Numbered from the stretch's first letter, positions 39,494-50,266 are shown. The stretch: 64,000 nt of DNA from Gallionellaceae bacterium (GCA_032654645.1 JAULAW010000005.1:741541-805540); one strand, 5' to 3'. A program made the numbers and translations. The notes: generated by a model from the letters alone, not told the origin.

Positions 39494-40774
39494 TCACCGA
39501 ATGCCGTGCACACCCTGCCCCAGCATTTCTGGCGTGATGAGCGTAATGCCTTTGTCAGTTACAAAAAAACGCCTCGCGTCTTCCTCTGTATCCACCCCGA
39601 CAGTCAATTCGTCAGGGATGATGCAGTCCTTGTCCACCACGACACGCTTGAGCGTAACATTGCGGCCTACCTCCACATTGGGCAGGAGCACCGAATCCTC
39701 AATATTGCTGTAACTGTGAATGCGCACATTGGAAAACAACAGCGAGCGGCGCACGGTTGCGCCGCTGATGATGCAGCCGCCGGAAACCAGTGAATCAATT
39801 GCCTGGCCGCGGCGGCCCTCATCGTCAAATACAAATTTAGCCGGGGGCAATTGTTCTTGATGGGTCCAGATCGGCCATTCCTGATCGTACATATTGAGGT
39901 CGGGAGTGATCTTGGTCAGTTCCATGTTCGCCTCCCAGTATGAATCTATGGTACCCACATCGCGCCAATACGGTACGTCGCCATCCATTTTTATGCAGCT
40001 ACTCTGAAAACTCTGGGCATACACACGGTGGCCTGATGACACCAGGTACGGGATGATGTCCTTGCCGAAATCATGGCTGGAGTGAGGATCAGCCGCATCA
40101 CGTGCCAGTTGAGCACACAAGAAATCCATATCGAATATATAAATGCCCATGCTGGCCAGCGCCAGATCAGGGTTGTCAGGAATTGGCGTGGGGTGTTCAG
40201 GTTTCTCGCTGAAATTCACCACCATTGATTCCTCATTCACAGCCATCACGCCGAAACCCTTGGCATCGTCGAGGGGCACCTCGATACAGGCAACGGTCAT
40301 GTCGGCCCGATTTCTCACATGGAAGGCCAGCATCTTGCCGTAATCCATTTTATAAACGTGGTCTCCAGCCAGTATCAGCACATAGTCGGGCGCTGTTGCG
40401 CGCAAGATATCCAGGTTCTGGAACACCGCATCGGCAGTGCCCTGGTACCACGATTCCTGCACCCATTGCTGTGCGGGCAACACGTCTATGAATTCGCCAA
40501 ATTTGCCGTTCAGGAAGCTCCAACCATGCTGGATATGCTGAATCAGGCTGTGCGATTTGTATTGTGTGGCTACGCCGATACGCCTGATGCCGGAATTGAC
40601 GCAGTTCGACAACACAAAATCGACGATGCGGAATTTCCCGCCAAACGGCACTGCAGGTTTGGCCCTCCAGTCCGTCAGTTGATGCAAACGGCTACCCCGC
40701 CCGCCCGCTAGCACCATGGCGTAGGTGTTTTTGACCATCCAGCTCACTAAACTAGTTTTTTCTCGCTCTGACAT
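39494..40774 (-). CDS. glgC: glucose-1-phosphate adenylyltransferase
   Basis: [35 protein letters not shown]. Confidence 0.95.
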   Translation of the reverse strand: MSEREKTSLVSWMVKNTYAMVLAGGRGSRLHQLTDWRAKPAVPFGGKFRIVDFVLSNCVNSGIRRIGVATQYKSHSLIQHIQHGWSFLNGKFGEFIDVLPAQQWVQESWYQGTADAVFQNLDILRATAPDYVLILAGDHVYKMDYGKMLAFHVRNRADMTVACIEVPLDDAKGFGVMAVNEESMVVNFSEKPEHPTPIPDNPDLALASMGIYIFDMDFLCAQLARDAADPHSSHDFGKDIIPYLVSSGHRVYAQSFQSSCIKMDGDVPYWRDVGTIDSYWEANMELTKITPDLNMYDQEWPIWTHQEQLPPAKFVFDDEGRRGQAIDSLVSGGCIISGATVRRSLLFSNVRIHSYSNIEDSVLLPNVEVGRNVTLKRVVVDKDCIIPDELTVGVDTEEDARRFFVTDKGITLITPEMLGQGVHGIR

Positions 40775-40862
40775 TAAATGCTTGATACCAAGTTATGGAT
40801 AATGCGTGCACTGTATCAGATTATGGCTAGGGCCTGCAAAATTGTGGTTATAATCATTTGCC

Positions 40863-43040
40863 ATGAAAACCCCTCGCATCAAACCTGACCCGCGTGCCGA
40901 TTTACTTCTGCATGGGCGCTTGTACGACCCATTTGCCTACCTCGGCCCGCACTTCGAAAAAGAATATTATGTGGTGCGTATATTTAATCCTTACGCCAGC
41001 GAAGTCAACCTGGAAACCGCTTCGGGTAACGAACCGCTGAAACGTATTCATCCAGACGGCTTGTTTGAATGGCATGGCAGTTGCGAACCGCTTCGCCCCT
41101 ACCGGCTTCGCATTACAGAAAATGGCATTCAGCGCCTGGTTCATGACCCTTACGCATTTGCCCCGCAAATCTCCAACTTCGACCTGCACCTGTTCAACGA
41201 GGGAAAACTGTATCAGGGCTATCGCCTACTCGGTTCGCATGCCATGCAGATTGACGGCATATCCGGCGTGCGTTTTTCCGTATGGGCGCCAAATGCCGAG
41301 CGGGTCAGTGTGATAGGAGACTTCAACCGTTGGGATGGGCGCATCCACCCGATGGCGGTACATGGTTCCAGCGGCGTGTGGGAGTTATTTATTCCGGGTA
41401 TGGAACAAGGCGTGCTTTACAAATTTGAGATCAGAAATCGTGCAGGTGCATTGCTGGTTAAAACCGATCCTTATGCCAACGCTTTTGAATTGCGCCCCGG
41501 AACCGCCGCGCGCGCCGGATTAAAAATCGAACACGCATGGCAGGATGCTGCATGGATGGAGCAGCGTAGTCGCTGGGATTGGCTGCACGCCCCGCTCAAC
41601 ATCTATGAAACCCATCCCGGTTCATGGAAACGTCATCCGGATGGGAGTCACTACACATACCGCGAATTGGCCGAACACTTGATCCCGTACCTCATTGACA
41701 TGGGTTACACCCACGTTGAATTGATGCCAATTTCGGAGCATCCTCTCGACGAATCCTGGGGCTACCAGGCTACCGGCTATTTCGCCGCGACCAGCCGCTT
41801 CGGTCCTCCGGACGATCTGTGCTACTTCATAGATACTTGCCATCAGGCCGGAATCGGCGTGTTGCTGGACTGGGTGCCGGCGCACTTCCCGCAAGATGCC
41901 TTTGCCCTGGCACACTTCGACGGCACCGCGCTATATGAGCACGAAGACCCGCGCTTGGGCTTCCATCAGGACTGGGGTACACACATTTTCAACTATGGCC
42001 GCAACGAAGTTAAAAGCTTCCTGCTGTCCAGCGCACATTACTGGCTGGATCAATTCCATTTCGACGGCCTGCGCGTGGATGCGGTGGCTTCCATGCTGTA
42101 CCTCGACTATTCGCGCAAGGCAGGCGAATGGCTGCCGAACAAATACGGCGGACGGGAAAATCTGGATGCCATAGACTTCCTGCGCGAACTCAACATCATG
42201 GTGCACGACCTGTTTCCAGGGGCGCTGACACTGGCCGAGGAGTCCACTTCCTGGCCTGCGGTATCGCGCCCGGTGTATCTCGGCGGGCTGGGCTTCTCCA
42301 TGAAATGGAACATGGGCTGGATGAACGACACGCTCAGCTTCATGCGGCATGATCCGATACACCGCCGTTACCACCTCAGCCAACTCACCTTCAGCCAGCT
42401 TTACGCCTACACCGAGAATTTCATGCTGCCGTTCTCGCATGATGAGGTGGTGCATGGCAAAGGCTCATTGCTCGGCAAAATGCCGGGCGACGCCTGGCAG
42501 AAATTCGCCAACCTGCGCCTGCTGCTGTCTTACCAGATGACCAGCCCGGGCAAAAAACTCAATTTCATGGGCAATGAATTCGGCCAGGGGCCCGAATGGC
42601 GCTCAAGCTGGGAACTTGACTGGTGGCAACTCGGCATGGAACAGCATCGCGGCATACAAAATATGGTGCGCGACCTGAACCATCATTACCGTAACCTGCC
42701 GGCACTGTACGAGCAGGATTTCGAGCAAAACGGCTTTTCCTGGATAGACTGCAATGATTCCGACCACTCGCTGCTTTCCTACCTGCGGCTTGGGCGTAAT
42801 GGCGAGGCGGTTATTGTCGTCTTAAACTTTACCCCGGTGCCGCGCAACCGTTATCGCATCGGGCTGCCGTTCGATTGCGCCTATCGGGAAATTTTCAACA
42901 GCGATTCGCGTTATTATGGCGGCAGCAACCTCGGCAGCATGGGCGTGATTAGCGCCGAGCATGCATCCTGGATGGGACAACCTTACTCAGCCGAAATAGA
43001 TTTGCCGCCGCTGGCGTGTGTTGTACTGGCTCCGTCATAA
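40863..43040 (+). CDS. glgB: 1,4-alpha-glucan branching enzyme
   Basis: ...[14 protein letters not shown]...EESTSWP...[10 protein letters not shown]. Confidence 0.95.
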   Translation: MKTPRIKPDPRADLLLHGRLYDPFAYLGPHFEKEYYVVRIFNPYASEVNLETASGNEPLKRIHPDGLFEWHGSCEPLRPYRLRITENGIQRLVHDPYAFAPQISNFDLHLFNEGKLYQGYRLLGSHAMQIDGISGVRFSVWAPNAERVSVIGDFNRWDGRIHPMAVHGSSGVWELFIPGMEQGVLYKFEIRNRAGALLVKTDPYANAFELRPGTAARAGLKIEHAWQDAAWMEQRSRWDWLHAPLNIYETHPGSWKRHPDGSHYTYRELAEHLIPYLIDMGYTHVELMPISEHPLDESWGYQATGYFAATSRFGPPDDLCYFIDTCHQAGIGVLLDWVPAHFPQDAFALAHFDGTALYEHEDPRLGFHQDWGTHIFNYGRNEVKSFLLSSAHYWLDQFHFDGLRVDAVASMLYLDYSRKAGEWLPNKYGGRENLDAIDFLRELNIMVHDLFPGALTLAEESTSWPAVSRPVYLGGLGFSMKWNMGWMNDTLSFMRHDPIHRRYHLSQLTFSQLYAYTENFMLPFSHDEVVHGKGSLLGKMPGDAWQKFANLRLLLSYQMTSPGKKLNFMGNEFGQGPEWRSSWELDWWQLGMEQHRGIQNMVRDLNHHYRNLPALYEQDFEQNGFSWIDCNDSDHSLLSYLRLGRNGEAVIVVLNFTPVPRNRYRIGLPFDCAYREIFNSDSRYYGGSNLGSMGVISAEHASWMGQPYSAEIDLPPLACVVLAPS

Positions 43041-43080
43041 TTTGCAGTAACGTTTACCAATTCAGAAAGGAGTGATTGTC

Positions 43081-43527
43081 ATGGTTACATCGCGCACAGC
43101 AACCGGCAAGAAAATCACCGCCAAAACCACAAGCAGCACAGCGGCCAAAAAACCGCTCGCAAAAAAAACTATTTCGAAGACACCAGCAAGCAAACCCAAA
43201 ACCGCCACCAAAAAAGTAGCGGTAACACCGGCAGAAAAAACAAAGGCGCCGAAAGCTGAAAAAACCACCGCAACAGCAAAAATCACAATAGCAAAAACTA
43301 CAACAGCAAAAACCGCAAAAACTGCCGCCCCTGAAAAAGCTGCACCAATTGCAAAAACCGCTCTTAAAAAAACTGCAAAAAAAATTGCCGTTTCACCCGA
43401 AGAACGTTATCAGATGATTGCCACCGCTGCTTATTTTCTTGCCGAGAGACGTGGATTCTCCGGCTGTTACGAGATGAGCGACTGGATAACTGCCGAGGCG
43501 GAAATTGATGCGAAACTCAATGCCTGA
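43081..43527 (+). CDS. Lys/Ala/Thr-rich (histone-H1-like) protein with C-terminal DUF2934 domain
   Basis: ~100-aa low-complexity KKxAxKT tract, then ERYQMIATAAYFLAERRGFSGCYEMSDWITAEAEI. RBS aaaggag lies 8 nt before ATG 43081. Confidence 0.7.
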   Translation: MVTSRTATGKKITAKTTSSTAAKKPLAKKTISKTPASKPKTATKKVAVTPAEKTKAPKAEKTTATAKITIAKTTTAKTAKTAAPEKAAPIAKTALKKTAKKIAVSPEERYQMIATAAYFLAERRGFSGCYEMSDWITAEAEIDAKLNA

Positions 43528-43638
43528 AAACAGCATTGCTTAGCCACTGATTAACACAAAATACTCTCAATGCATTGCCTGCCGCCTGTTATTTCAATGT
43601 CGAATAGAGAAACCAACCCCACATTTACCCGATGGCTA

Positions 43639-43665
43639 ATCCGTGCCTATCCGTGTTAATCCGTG
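43639..43665 (+). promoter_or_regulatory. three direct ATCCGTG repeats at exact 10-bp spacing upstream of pgi
   Basis: ATCCGTG at 43639, 43649 and 43659, bracketed by GGCTA (43634, 43665). Lies 33-59 nt upstream of the pgi ATG. Confidence 0.35.
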
Positions 43666-43697
43666 GCTAAAATACTCTTGGAAGCCAACACACTACC

Positions 43698-45335
43698 ATG
43701 CCCAATCTGACCGACTCACCCGCCTGGCAAGCCCTTTCTGCGCATCAAGCCGTCATCCGCAAACAAACCATGCGCGAAATGTTTCACGCTGACCCGGCGC
43801 GCTTTGACAAGTTTTCGTTGCAACTCGGTGGCCTGATGCTGGACTACTCGAAAAATATAATCACCGAAAAAACGTTGGAGCTGCTGTTTTCACTTGCACG
43901 CCAGTCAAAACTGGACGATTGGATTGAACGCATGTTCAAAGGTGAAAAAATCAATACCAGCGAACAACGTGCCGTACTGCACACCGCGTTGCGCGCCCCA
44001 CCCGGCGCTTCGATTTGTATGGATGGGAAGAACGTCATGCCGGACGTGCATCGCGTTCTGAGCCATATGCGCCGCTTCTCCGATGCCGTGCGCAACGGCT
44101 CATTGCGCGGACATACCGGCAAGCAGTTCCGGGACATAGTGAATATCGGCATCGGCGGCTCCGCGCTGGGGCCGTTGATGGCCAGCGAGGCGCTCAAGCC
44201 TTATGGCAGCGCAAAATTAAACGCGCATTTTGTTTCCAATGTGGACGCCACCGATCTGGCAGAAATTCTCAAGCGCATCGACCCGGAAACCACGCTGTTC
44301 ATCGTCAGCTCGAAAACCTTCACCACCCAGGAAACCCTTACCAATGCAAGCTCCGCTCGTGCATGGCTGATTGAACGCCTGGGAGCCGAAGAATCCGTCG
44401 CCAAACATTTTGTGGCGGTCTCGACCAACCTTGCCGCAACATCCCGATTCGGCATCAACCCGGACAACGTATTTGAATTCTGGGACTGGGTCGGCGGTCG
44501 TTATTCGCTATGGTCGGCAATAGGGCTGCCCATCGCGCTTTATATCGGCATGGATAATTTTGAACAGTTGCTCGCCGGCGCCCATGCCATGGACAGGCAC
44601 TTCCGCGAAGCGCCATTCGAGCGCAACATGCCGGTTGTCATGGGTGTGCTCTGTGCCTGGTACGCAAATTTTTTCGATGCCGCTTCGCACGCTGTCCTGC
44701 CTTACGATCAATATCTGCAACATTTTCCCGCCTACCTGCAGCAGCTGGAAATGGAAAGCAATGGCAAGCGCGTAGATCGCGATGGGCAAGAAGTGGATTA
44801 TGCGACTCAAATGGTGGTGTGGGGCGAACCTGGCACCAATGGCCAGCATTCGTTCTACCAATTGATGCATCAAGGCACGCGCATGATACCCGCCGATTTT
44901 CTCGCGCCTCTCGCCAGCCACAACCCGATGGGAGAGCACCATGCCATGCTGCTGTCAAACTGCTTCGCGCAGACGGAGGCATTGATGCTGGGCAAAACCG
45001 CAGACGAGGTTCGCGCCGAACTGGCGGCGCAGGGGCTGGGCGGTGAAGCGTTGGAATCGCTGCTGCCATACAAAATATTTCCGGGCAACCGTCCGAGCAA
45101 CACGCTGCTGTTCGACAAGCTTGACCCTCACACGCTGGGAATGCTGATCGCCCTTTACGAACACAAAGTGTTTGTGCAGGGCGTGATATGGAACATCAAC
45201 TCGTTCGACCAATGGGGTGTTGAATTCGGCAAGCAGCTCGCGGGCAAATTGCTGCCTGAACTCCAAGGGAAACATCTCGCCTCCTCACACGATGCGTCAA
45301 CCAATGGTTTGATCAACCGCTACCTCGCGCACTAA
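43698..45335 (+). CDS. pgi: glucose-6-phosphate isomerase
   Basis: ...[12 protein letters not shown]...[13 protein letters not shown]... Confidence 0.95.
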   Translation: MPNLTDSPAWQALSAHQAVIRKQTMREMFHADPARFDKFSLQLGGLMLDYSKNIITEKTLELLFSLARQSKLDDWIERMFKGEKINTSEQRAVLHTALRAPPGASICMDGKNVMPDVHRVLSHMRRFSDAVRNGSLRGHTGKQFRDIVNIGIGGSALGPLMASEALKPYGSAKLNAHFVSNVDATDLAEILKRIDPETTLFIVSSKTFTTQETLTNASSARAWLIERLGAEESVAKHFVAVSTNLAATSRFGINPDNVFEFWDWVGGRYSLWSAIGLPIALYIGMDNFEQLLAGAHAMDRHFREAPFERNMPVVMGVLCAWYANFFDAASHAVLPYDQYLQHFPAYLQQLEMESNGKRVDRDGQEVDYATQMVVWGEPGTNGQHSFYQLMHQGTRMIPADFLAPLASHNPMGEHHAMLLSNCFAQTEALMLGKTADEVRAELAAQGLGGEALESLLPYKIFPGNRPSNTLLFDKLDPHTLGMLIALYEHKVFVQGVIWNINSFDQWGVEFGKQLAGKLLPELQGKHLASSHDASTNGLINRYLAH

Positions 45336-45484
45336 AAACTACTGGCCAGGTTATTTTTTGCTTTTATTTGTAAAGTTTGATGTTAATATTTGCTGGGCTT
45401 TTGGCCCAGGTTGTGCCAGTTTTATGCTGTTGACGGCACAAAATTATTAACATTTGAACAACACAAATAATAGGGGAGTATTAA

Positions 45485-46171
45485 ATGAAAAGGGCAATAT
45501 CTAAAGTTCAGGTGCTGTTCGTTGCAATGGCGATGGCAGTGTCTGGCGTTGCAGCGGCAGAAACACCTGATGAAGCGCTTCATAAGCTGATGGCCGGCAA
45601 CCAGAGTTTCGTTGCAGGAAACTTTGCAAACCTCGAAGCGAACAGCACACCGGCAGTACGCCAGTCGCTGGCTTCGGGACAACATCCTTATGCGATTGTG
45701 TTGGATTGTTCCGATTCCCGCGTTGCCCCGGAAATCATCTTTGACAAGGGCCTGGGCGAAATCTTCGTAATCCGCGTGGCAGGTAACGTCGTGGCTCCGC
45801 ACCAGCTCGGCAGCATCGAGTATGCCATCGAACACCTCGGTGCTTCATTGCTCGTGGTGCTCGGCCATTCCAAGTGCGGCGCGGTGAACGCGACTGTAGG
45901 CGCCCTGAAACCCGGCACCTGCGATGTTGATGCGCCCGAGGGCAATATCGGCTCGCTCATTGAGTCAATTGCACCGGCTGTTGAGCGGTCCTGCAAGACG
46001 AGTCCCACGGATCTGCTCGCTACGTCAATTGATGAGAACGTCAACCTGGTGGCAAAGAGAATATCCAAGAAGTCGCGGATCGTGGAAGAGGCTATCTTTT
46101 TGGGCAAACTCAAGATGGTGAAAGCACGCTATGACTTGGATGATGGCGTCGTGAAGCTGTTGGCTGAGTAA
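45485..46171 (+). CDS. beta-class carbonic anhydrase with signal peptide
   Basis: LDCSDSRV ... LGHSKCGAV motifs. N-terminal hydrophobic leader. Confidence 0.85.
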   Translation: MKRAISKVQVLFVAMAMAVSGVAAAETPDEALHKLMAGNQSFVAGNFANLEANSTPAVRQSLASGQHPYAIVLDCSDSRVAPEIIFDKGLGEIFVIRVAGNVVAPHQLGSIEYAIEHLGASLLVVLGHSKCGAVNATVGALKPGTCDVDAPEGNIGSLIESIAPAVERSCKTSPTDLLATSIDENVNLVAKRISKKSRIVEEAIFLGKLKMVKARYDLDDGVVKLLAE

Positions 46172-46205
46172 AACCGACCGGCTTATCGCCGGGAAGGAAA
46201 CAAAA

Positions 46206-46235
46206 GGCGGAGTTCCCGACGGACTCCGCCTTTTT
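46206..46235 (+). terminator. rho-independent terminator
   Basis: ggcggagt-tcccgacgg-actccgcc followed by ttttt. Confidence 0.75.
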
Positions 46236-46318
46236 CTATGGAACAACAATTTTGCTGGAACGCTAATGGGCGTTCCCATTAACCCGGTAGTAAAGGGAAA
46301 ACCTCCGGTGAGCTGCGG

Positions 46319-47080
46319 CTAAGGCTGCTGTTTTACTGAATCAGGTAGTTGATTATCAATGCCTGCGGGCGATTGGGTCGAGGTATCTTCTTGCTTCAAC
46401 AGTTCGACAGGCGGTGCAACTGTCGCTGGTATGCTAACTGCGGTCTGTGTGGCAGGAGGTGTCGCTTGGGCTGCGGGCTGGATCGGGACTGACGGTTTGG
46501 GAGGCTGTTGCAGGTTCGTTTGAATCTGGGCTGAGCTGTTACCTGAAGCAAGTGATGCTGCCTGTGGTGATGACGTCTGGGGCTTGCTTGTTAGCAACGG
46601 CTGCGGCACTACTGGTTTTGCGGCTATAGGCTCGGAAGCCTTCAGGGGCAGATGTGGCGCGGCCTCACGGCTGGCCGCCGGGGTGTTGATTTCGGTTTGT
46701 GGCTGCGTTATCGGCTTGTTCTCCACTGATGGCGGTATGGCAAAGGGGCCGAGATAATCAGGGTGAAAATAAGGCGTATTTGCCCCTGCACTTTCGCTTG
46801 AGGGAAGGGGTGCGCTTTGAAATAATTTGGTTAGATGCAATGGGACCCACCCCTGCCAAACGGCGGCAGTCAGCGCTGTTACCGCCAGCGCCATCGTCAT
46901 CAGCAACCATGCGCGGCGTTTTTTGCCCTGTTCGCGGATTACGTAAACCTTGGCTCTGCCGAAAATCGTATAGGTAATTTTCGCCTCGCCGATGTCCGTC
47001 CACCTGTTCGCTCCCGGCTTCCCGTTGGTTGCCAGCAATTGACGGTTTGGAATATCGTATTGGCTGATTTCGTACCACAT
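46319..47080 (-). CDS. hypothetical single-pass membrane protein with Pro/Gln/Ser-rich tail
   Basis: 253-aa ORF with a ggggag RBS and one TM (WLLMTMALAVTALTAAVW). The low-complexity C-terminal half has no recognisable domain. Confidence 0.5.
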   Translation of the reverse strand: MWYEISQYDIPNRQLLATNGKPGANRWTDIGEAKITYTIFGRAKVYVIREQGKKRRAWLLMTMALAVTALTAAVWQGWVPLHLTKLFQSAPLPSSESAGANTPYFHPDYLGPFAIPPSVENKPITQPQTEINTPAASREAAPHLPLKASEPIAAKPVVPQPLLTSKPQTSSPQAASLASGNSSAQIQTNLQQPPKPSVPIQPAAQATPPATQTAVSIPATVAPPVELLKQEDTSTQSPAGIDNQLPDSVKQQP

Positions 47081-47102
47081 TTTTTACTGCTCCCCGAACG
47101 GA

Positions 47103-47240
47103 CATGGCGGCAGCGCCGCCACAGAAAATAAGTGCCGCCGTGTCCGTTCCCTGATGAAACTACTAACCATTCCACCAGGTTGCCCGCCGAAGAGCTTTTG
47201 GCCGGGCACCCGAAAGACGGCAACTGAGTGGCTGGTTATC
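47103..47240 (+). repeat. structured repeat block A (family 4), with a relic of a GH57-gene 3' end
   Basis: catggcgg...ccgtg..ttccctgatgaaactac aligns to the last codons and TGA of the GH57 gene at 37722. Stem 47172-47184/47219-47231 encloses hairpin 47195-47216. Confidence 0.7.
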
Positions 47241-47370
47241 TCCCCTACTTCTCTCCCAGCGGGGGAGAGTGATGAGGTGTCGCTTACGCGACGTTCACGT
47301 TAATATTGCAGCTCGCCAGCCACATGATAACAAGTAATGGCCTGGTTATAACTGGAAACATGACAACAGC

Positions 47371-48729
47371 CTACCGCATCTTCTCCACCGCCTCTTCCAC
47401 CCGCTCCACCGCGATGATCTCCATGCCCGTGATCTTTTGCTTGGGTGCATTGGCCTTGGGGATAATCGCTTGGGTGAAGCCGAGTTTGGCGGCTTCTTTC
47501 AGACGCTCCTGGCCGCGCTGCACCGGGCGCACTTCTCCGGCCAGGCCGACTTCACCGAACACGACCATTTTTTCCGGCAGCGGCTTGTTGCGCAACGATG
47601 AAACTATTGCCAGCAACACGGCGAGGTCGGCGCCCGGCTCGGTGATTTTCACGCCACCCACGGCGTTGATGAACACGTCCTGATCGAAACAGGCGATGCC
47701 CGCGTGGCGGTGCAGCACGGCCAACAGCATCGCCAGCCGGTTCTGTTCCAGGCCCAAGGAAAGGCGGCGCGGGCTGGGCGAGTGTGCCTCGTCGAGCAGC
47801 GCCTGTATCTCGACCAGCAAGGGGCGCGTGCCTTCCTGTGTCACCATCACGCACGAGCCGGCCACCTGCGCGCCGTGCTGCGACAGGAACAGCGCGGAAG
47901 GATTGCTCACTTCGCGCAAACCTTTTTCGGTCATGGCAAATACGCCGAGTTCGTTCACCGCGCCGAAGCGGTTCTTGAACGCGCGGATCAAGCGGAAACT
48001 GGAATGGGTGTCGCCCTCGAAATACAGCACCGTGTCCACCATGTGCTCCAGCACGCGCGGCCCGGCCAGCGCGCCCTCCTTGGTGACGTGCCCGACAAAA
48101 ATCATGGTGACCGCGCTGCTCTTGGCGATGCGGGTGAGCTGCGCCGCGCATTCGCGCACCTGCGACACCGAGCCGGGCGCGGAAGTCAGTTGCTCGGAAT
48201 ACACGGTCTGGATGGAATCGATTACCACCACATCCGGTTTTTCCTGCGCGATGGCCGCCTGGATTTTTTCCAACTGGATTTCCGCCAGCAGATGCATACC
48301 GTGCGCATCCAGCAACAGGCGCTTGGCGCGCAATGCAATCTGCTGCGTCGATTCCTCGCCGCTGACATACAGCACTTTTTTGTGTGCGGAGAGATGCGCC
48401 AGCGTCTGCAACAACAGGGTGGATTTGCCGATGCCGGGATCGCCGCCGATGAGCACCACCGCGCCTTGCACCAGCCCGCCGCCCAGCACGCGGTCAAACT
48501 CGATGATGCCGGTTGGCGTGCGCGGCACCTCTGCCGCCTCCACCTCAGCCAACCTTTGCACTTTCCCGCTTGCCGTCAGCGCGCTGAAGCGATTTTTTCC
48601 GCTCGCCGCAACCTCTGCCACGCTCTCCACCAGCGTGTTCCACGCCGTGCAATGCGGGCACTGGCCCTGCCACTTGGACAATTGTCCGCCACACTCGGTG
48701 CAGGAATAAATTGTTTTCGCTTTTGCCAT
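47371..48729 (-). CDS. radA: DNA repair protein RadA
   Basis: MAKAKTIYSCTECGGQLSKWQGQCPHCTAWNTL..., Walker A GGDPGIGKST, KNRFG motif, Lon-like C-terminus. Confidence 0.95.
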   Translation of the reverse strand: MAKAKTIYSCTECGGQLSKWQGQCPHCTAWNTLVESVAEVAASGKNRFSALTASGKVQRLAEVEAAEVPRTPTGIIEFDRVLGGGLVQGAVVLIGGDPGIGKSTLLLQTLAHLSAHKKVLYVSGEESTQQIALRAKRLLLDAHGMHLLAEIQLEKIQAAIAQEKPDVVVIDSIQTVYSEQLTSAPGSVSQVRECAAQLTRIAKSSAVTMIFVGHVTKEGALAGPRVLEHMVDTVLYFEGDTHSSFRLIRAFKNRFGAVNELGVFAMTEKGLREVSNPSALFLSQHGAQVAGSCVMVTQEGTRPLLVEIQALLDEAHSPSPRRLSLGLEQNRLAMLLAVLHRHAGIACFDQDVFINAVGGVKITEPGADLAVLLAIVSSLRNKPLPEKMVVFGEVGLAGEVRPVQRGQERLKEAAKLGFTQAIIPKANAPKQKITGMEIIAVERVEEAVEKMR

Positions 48730-48804
48730 GCCTGCCTTCTTATTTGACGCGCCAGAAGAGATGAATCTATTGATGTTTCCCCAAATCATGACACACACAT
48801 TCCC

Positions 48805-48890
48805 TCATCCCCACCCTTCTCCTCGAGGGAGAAGGGCTTTGCATCCCTCTCACTCGGGGAGAGGGACTGAGGGTGAGGGTAATAGCGTTC
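48805..48890. repeat. family-1 REP-like palindromes
   Basis: ccctcatccccacccttctcctcgagggagaagggc...ccctctcactcggggagagggactgagggtgaggg. Confidence 0.7.
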
Positions 48891-48893
48891 CGC

Positions 48894-50054
48894 TTAATGT
48901 TCCTTGCCATCAATCCGTGGCTGCATGAGCAAGGGAATATACCGCCATGCAAGCATCGCAAAACAGGCAAACCAGCACGCCGCTGCGAGGTAAATCCAGA
49001 GTGTGTAGCCTGCTGGATAAACCTGCGGTGCAATGATACGGAATACAAATGCCAAAATCATCACCCGGATGGCCAATTTGTCGAGCGTGTCAAAAACCAC
49101 CTTTCTGCCCGTGTGCCCCTTCGATATTCTGATCAGCATGGCAGGAATAATCAGACCCATCACACCAATAGTAAATACATGGGCGGACACGGAAGCAACC
49201 CATTCGGGGTGGGCGATGTGCCGGAGAAACTCGATCAACAGTTGAGCGATGATAGCGAGGTAACCCAGATACATGATCCCGATATCGAGCCGCTGCATGG
49301 CCAGTTGCGGTTTCCAGAAAATGAAGCGGCCTGCCAGCAGAAGCGCGAGCAGCAAGGCGATCCAGCCAGACGCTTGTGGCGGCATCAGGCTTTCGGCCAC
49401 CAGAAGAAGGCCGAGAATCTTGATGGTTTTGTTCAGAACCGGGTTGCTCAGGATTGAAACCTGAAATACCCCCTTCATGAACTGGGTCAGTGTTCGTTCA
49501 AGCATCACTAGAAAGGCCATCCGGAATAGCCCGACCGCCATGCTCCAGCCGACCTGAAAGTAATCGTGGCTCAACATCAGGTATTTCGCTATCAAAAAAG
49601 CCGGGAGTATCAGGAGAAAAAAATAGTTGTCGCGGTAGGAGTCGCCCTTGCGGTTCCGGATCAGCGTCCACAACAGCATCGCAACGATAGCACCCAGGAA
49701 CAGGTTGTTTGAAATCCGGAATAGCAGGGTCGGCCAAGCGCCTTCAAACCACATGCCGGCCCGTTCGAAGAGCCAGACGCAAACAAGGAACATCAGGGAG
49801 TAACCATGATAACCGCGCACTCCAACCCAGTTCTTGGTTGAGGTCAGCAAGAAACCGCCAAGGACAGCCCAGCCGAAACCGAAGAACATCTCATGGGCGT
49901 GCCACTGGGTCATGGAAATCGACATTGCCGGCGCTGGAATGGCGCCTGAAAAAATCAACGCCCACAAAACTGGCAAGCTCAACCCTGATAAGAACGCCAA
50001 TCCAAAGAAAGGACGAAAACCCACAAGCCAGAGCGGATGTTTCGGCAAATTCAT
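48894..50054 (-). CDS. nnrS: NnrS family membrane protein
   Basis: MNLPKHPLWLVGFRPFFGLAFLSG..., about 12 TM segments. Confidence 0.8.
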   Translation of the reverse strand: MNLPKHPLWLVGFRPFFGLAFLSGLSLPVLWALIFSGAIPAPAMSISMTQWHAHEMFFGFGWAVLGGFLLTSTKNWVGVRGYHGYSLMFLVCVWLFERAGMWFEGAWPTLLFRISNNLFLGAIVAMLLWTLIRNRKGDSYRDNYFFLLILPAFLIAKYLMLSHDYFQVGWSMAVGLFRMAFLVMLERTLTQFMKGVFQVSILSNPVLNKTIKILGLLLVAESLMPPQASGWIALLLALLLAGRFIFWKPQLAMQRLDIGIMYLGYLAIIAQLLIEFLRHIAHPEWVASVSAHVFTIGVMGLIIPAMLIRISKGHTGRKVVFDTLDKLAIRVMILAFVFRIIAPQVYPAGYTLWIYLAAACWFACFAMLAWRYIPLLMQPRIDGKEH

Positions 50055-50266
50055 CTTGATCTCCCGCAGTTGATTTGTGCGAACAGCGTGTTCCAAGCCA
50101 TACAGCGTGGGTGCTTGGCATTGATCCAGGCGCGCAACGTTTGCGCAACCAGCGTCACCGCCCAGGCTGCCGCACGGGACTGGCCTTCATTGGTATGCTT
50201 AACCGACAGTTTCTTGAACTCGGCCTTGCCCCCTTGCTTTGGTATTTTCATAGCCTTTTCTTTCAT
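50051..50266 (-). CDS. small hypothetical protein translationally coupled to nnrS
   Basis: 71-aa ORF whose TGA overlaps the nnrS ATG (ATGA at 50054-50051). No recognisable domain. Confidence 0.35.
   Translation of the reverse strand: MKEKAMKIPKQGGKAEFKKLSVKHTNEGQSRAAAWAVTLVAQTLRAWINAKHPRCMAWNTLFAQINCGRSR

Noticed and set aside
40835-40862. Perfect TATAAT at about 40846 as a glgB promoter
   Set aside because: It lies only about 10 nt from the ATG, with no convincing -35 element or extended -10. It cannot be supported without transcript data.
43100-43400. Short periodic aaaaaacc/gcaaaaac DNA repeats
   Set aside because: They are the coding sequence of the Lys/Ala/Thr-rich tail of the DUF2934 protein, which is one continuous ORF with a good RBS. 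They are not a non-coding repeat array.
47150-47165. CTGATGAAAC (also on the minus strand at 37726-37712), reminiscent of the hammerhead ribozyme core CUGAUGA...GAAA
   Set aside because: No stem II lies between CUGAUGA and GAAAC, and no matching cleavage-site helix can be drawn. In the 37.7-kb copy the TGA is simply the GH57 stop codon. It is treated as part of repeat family 4 instead.
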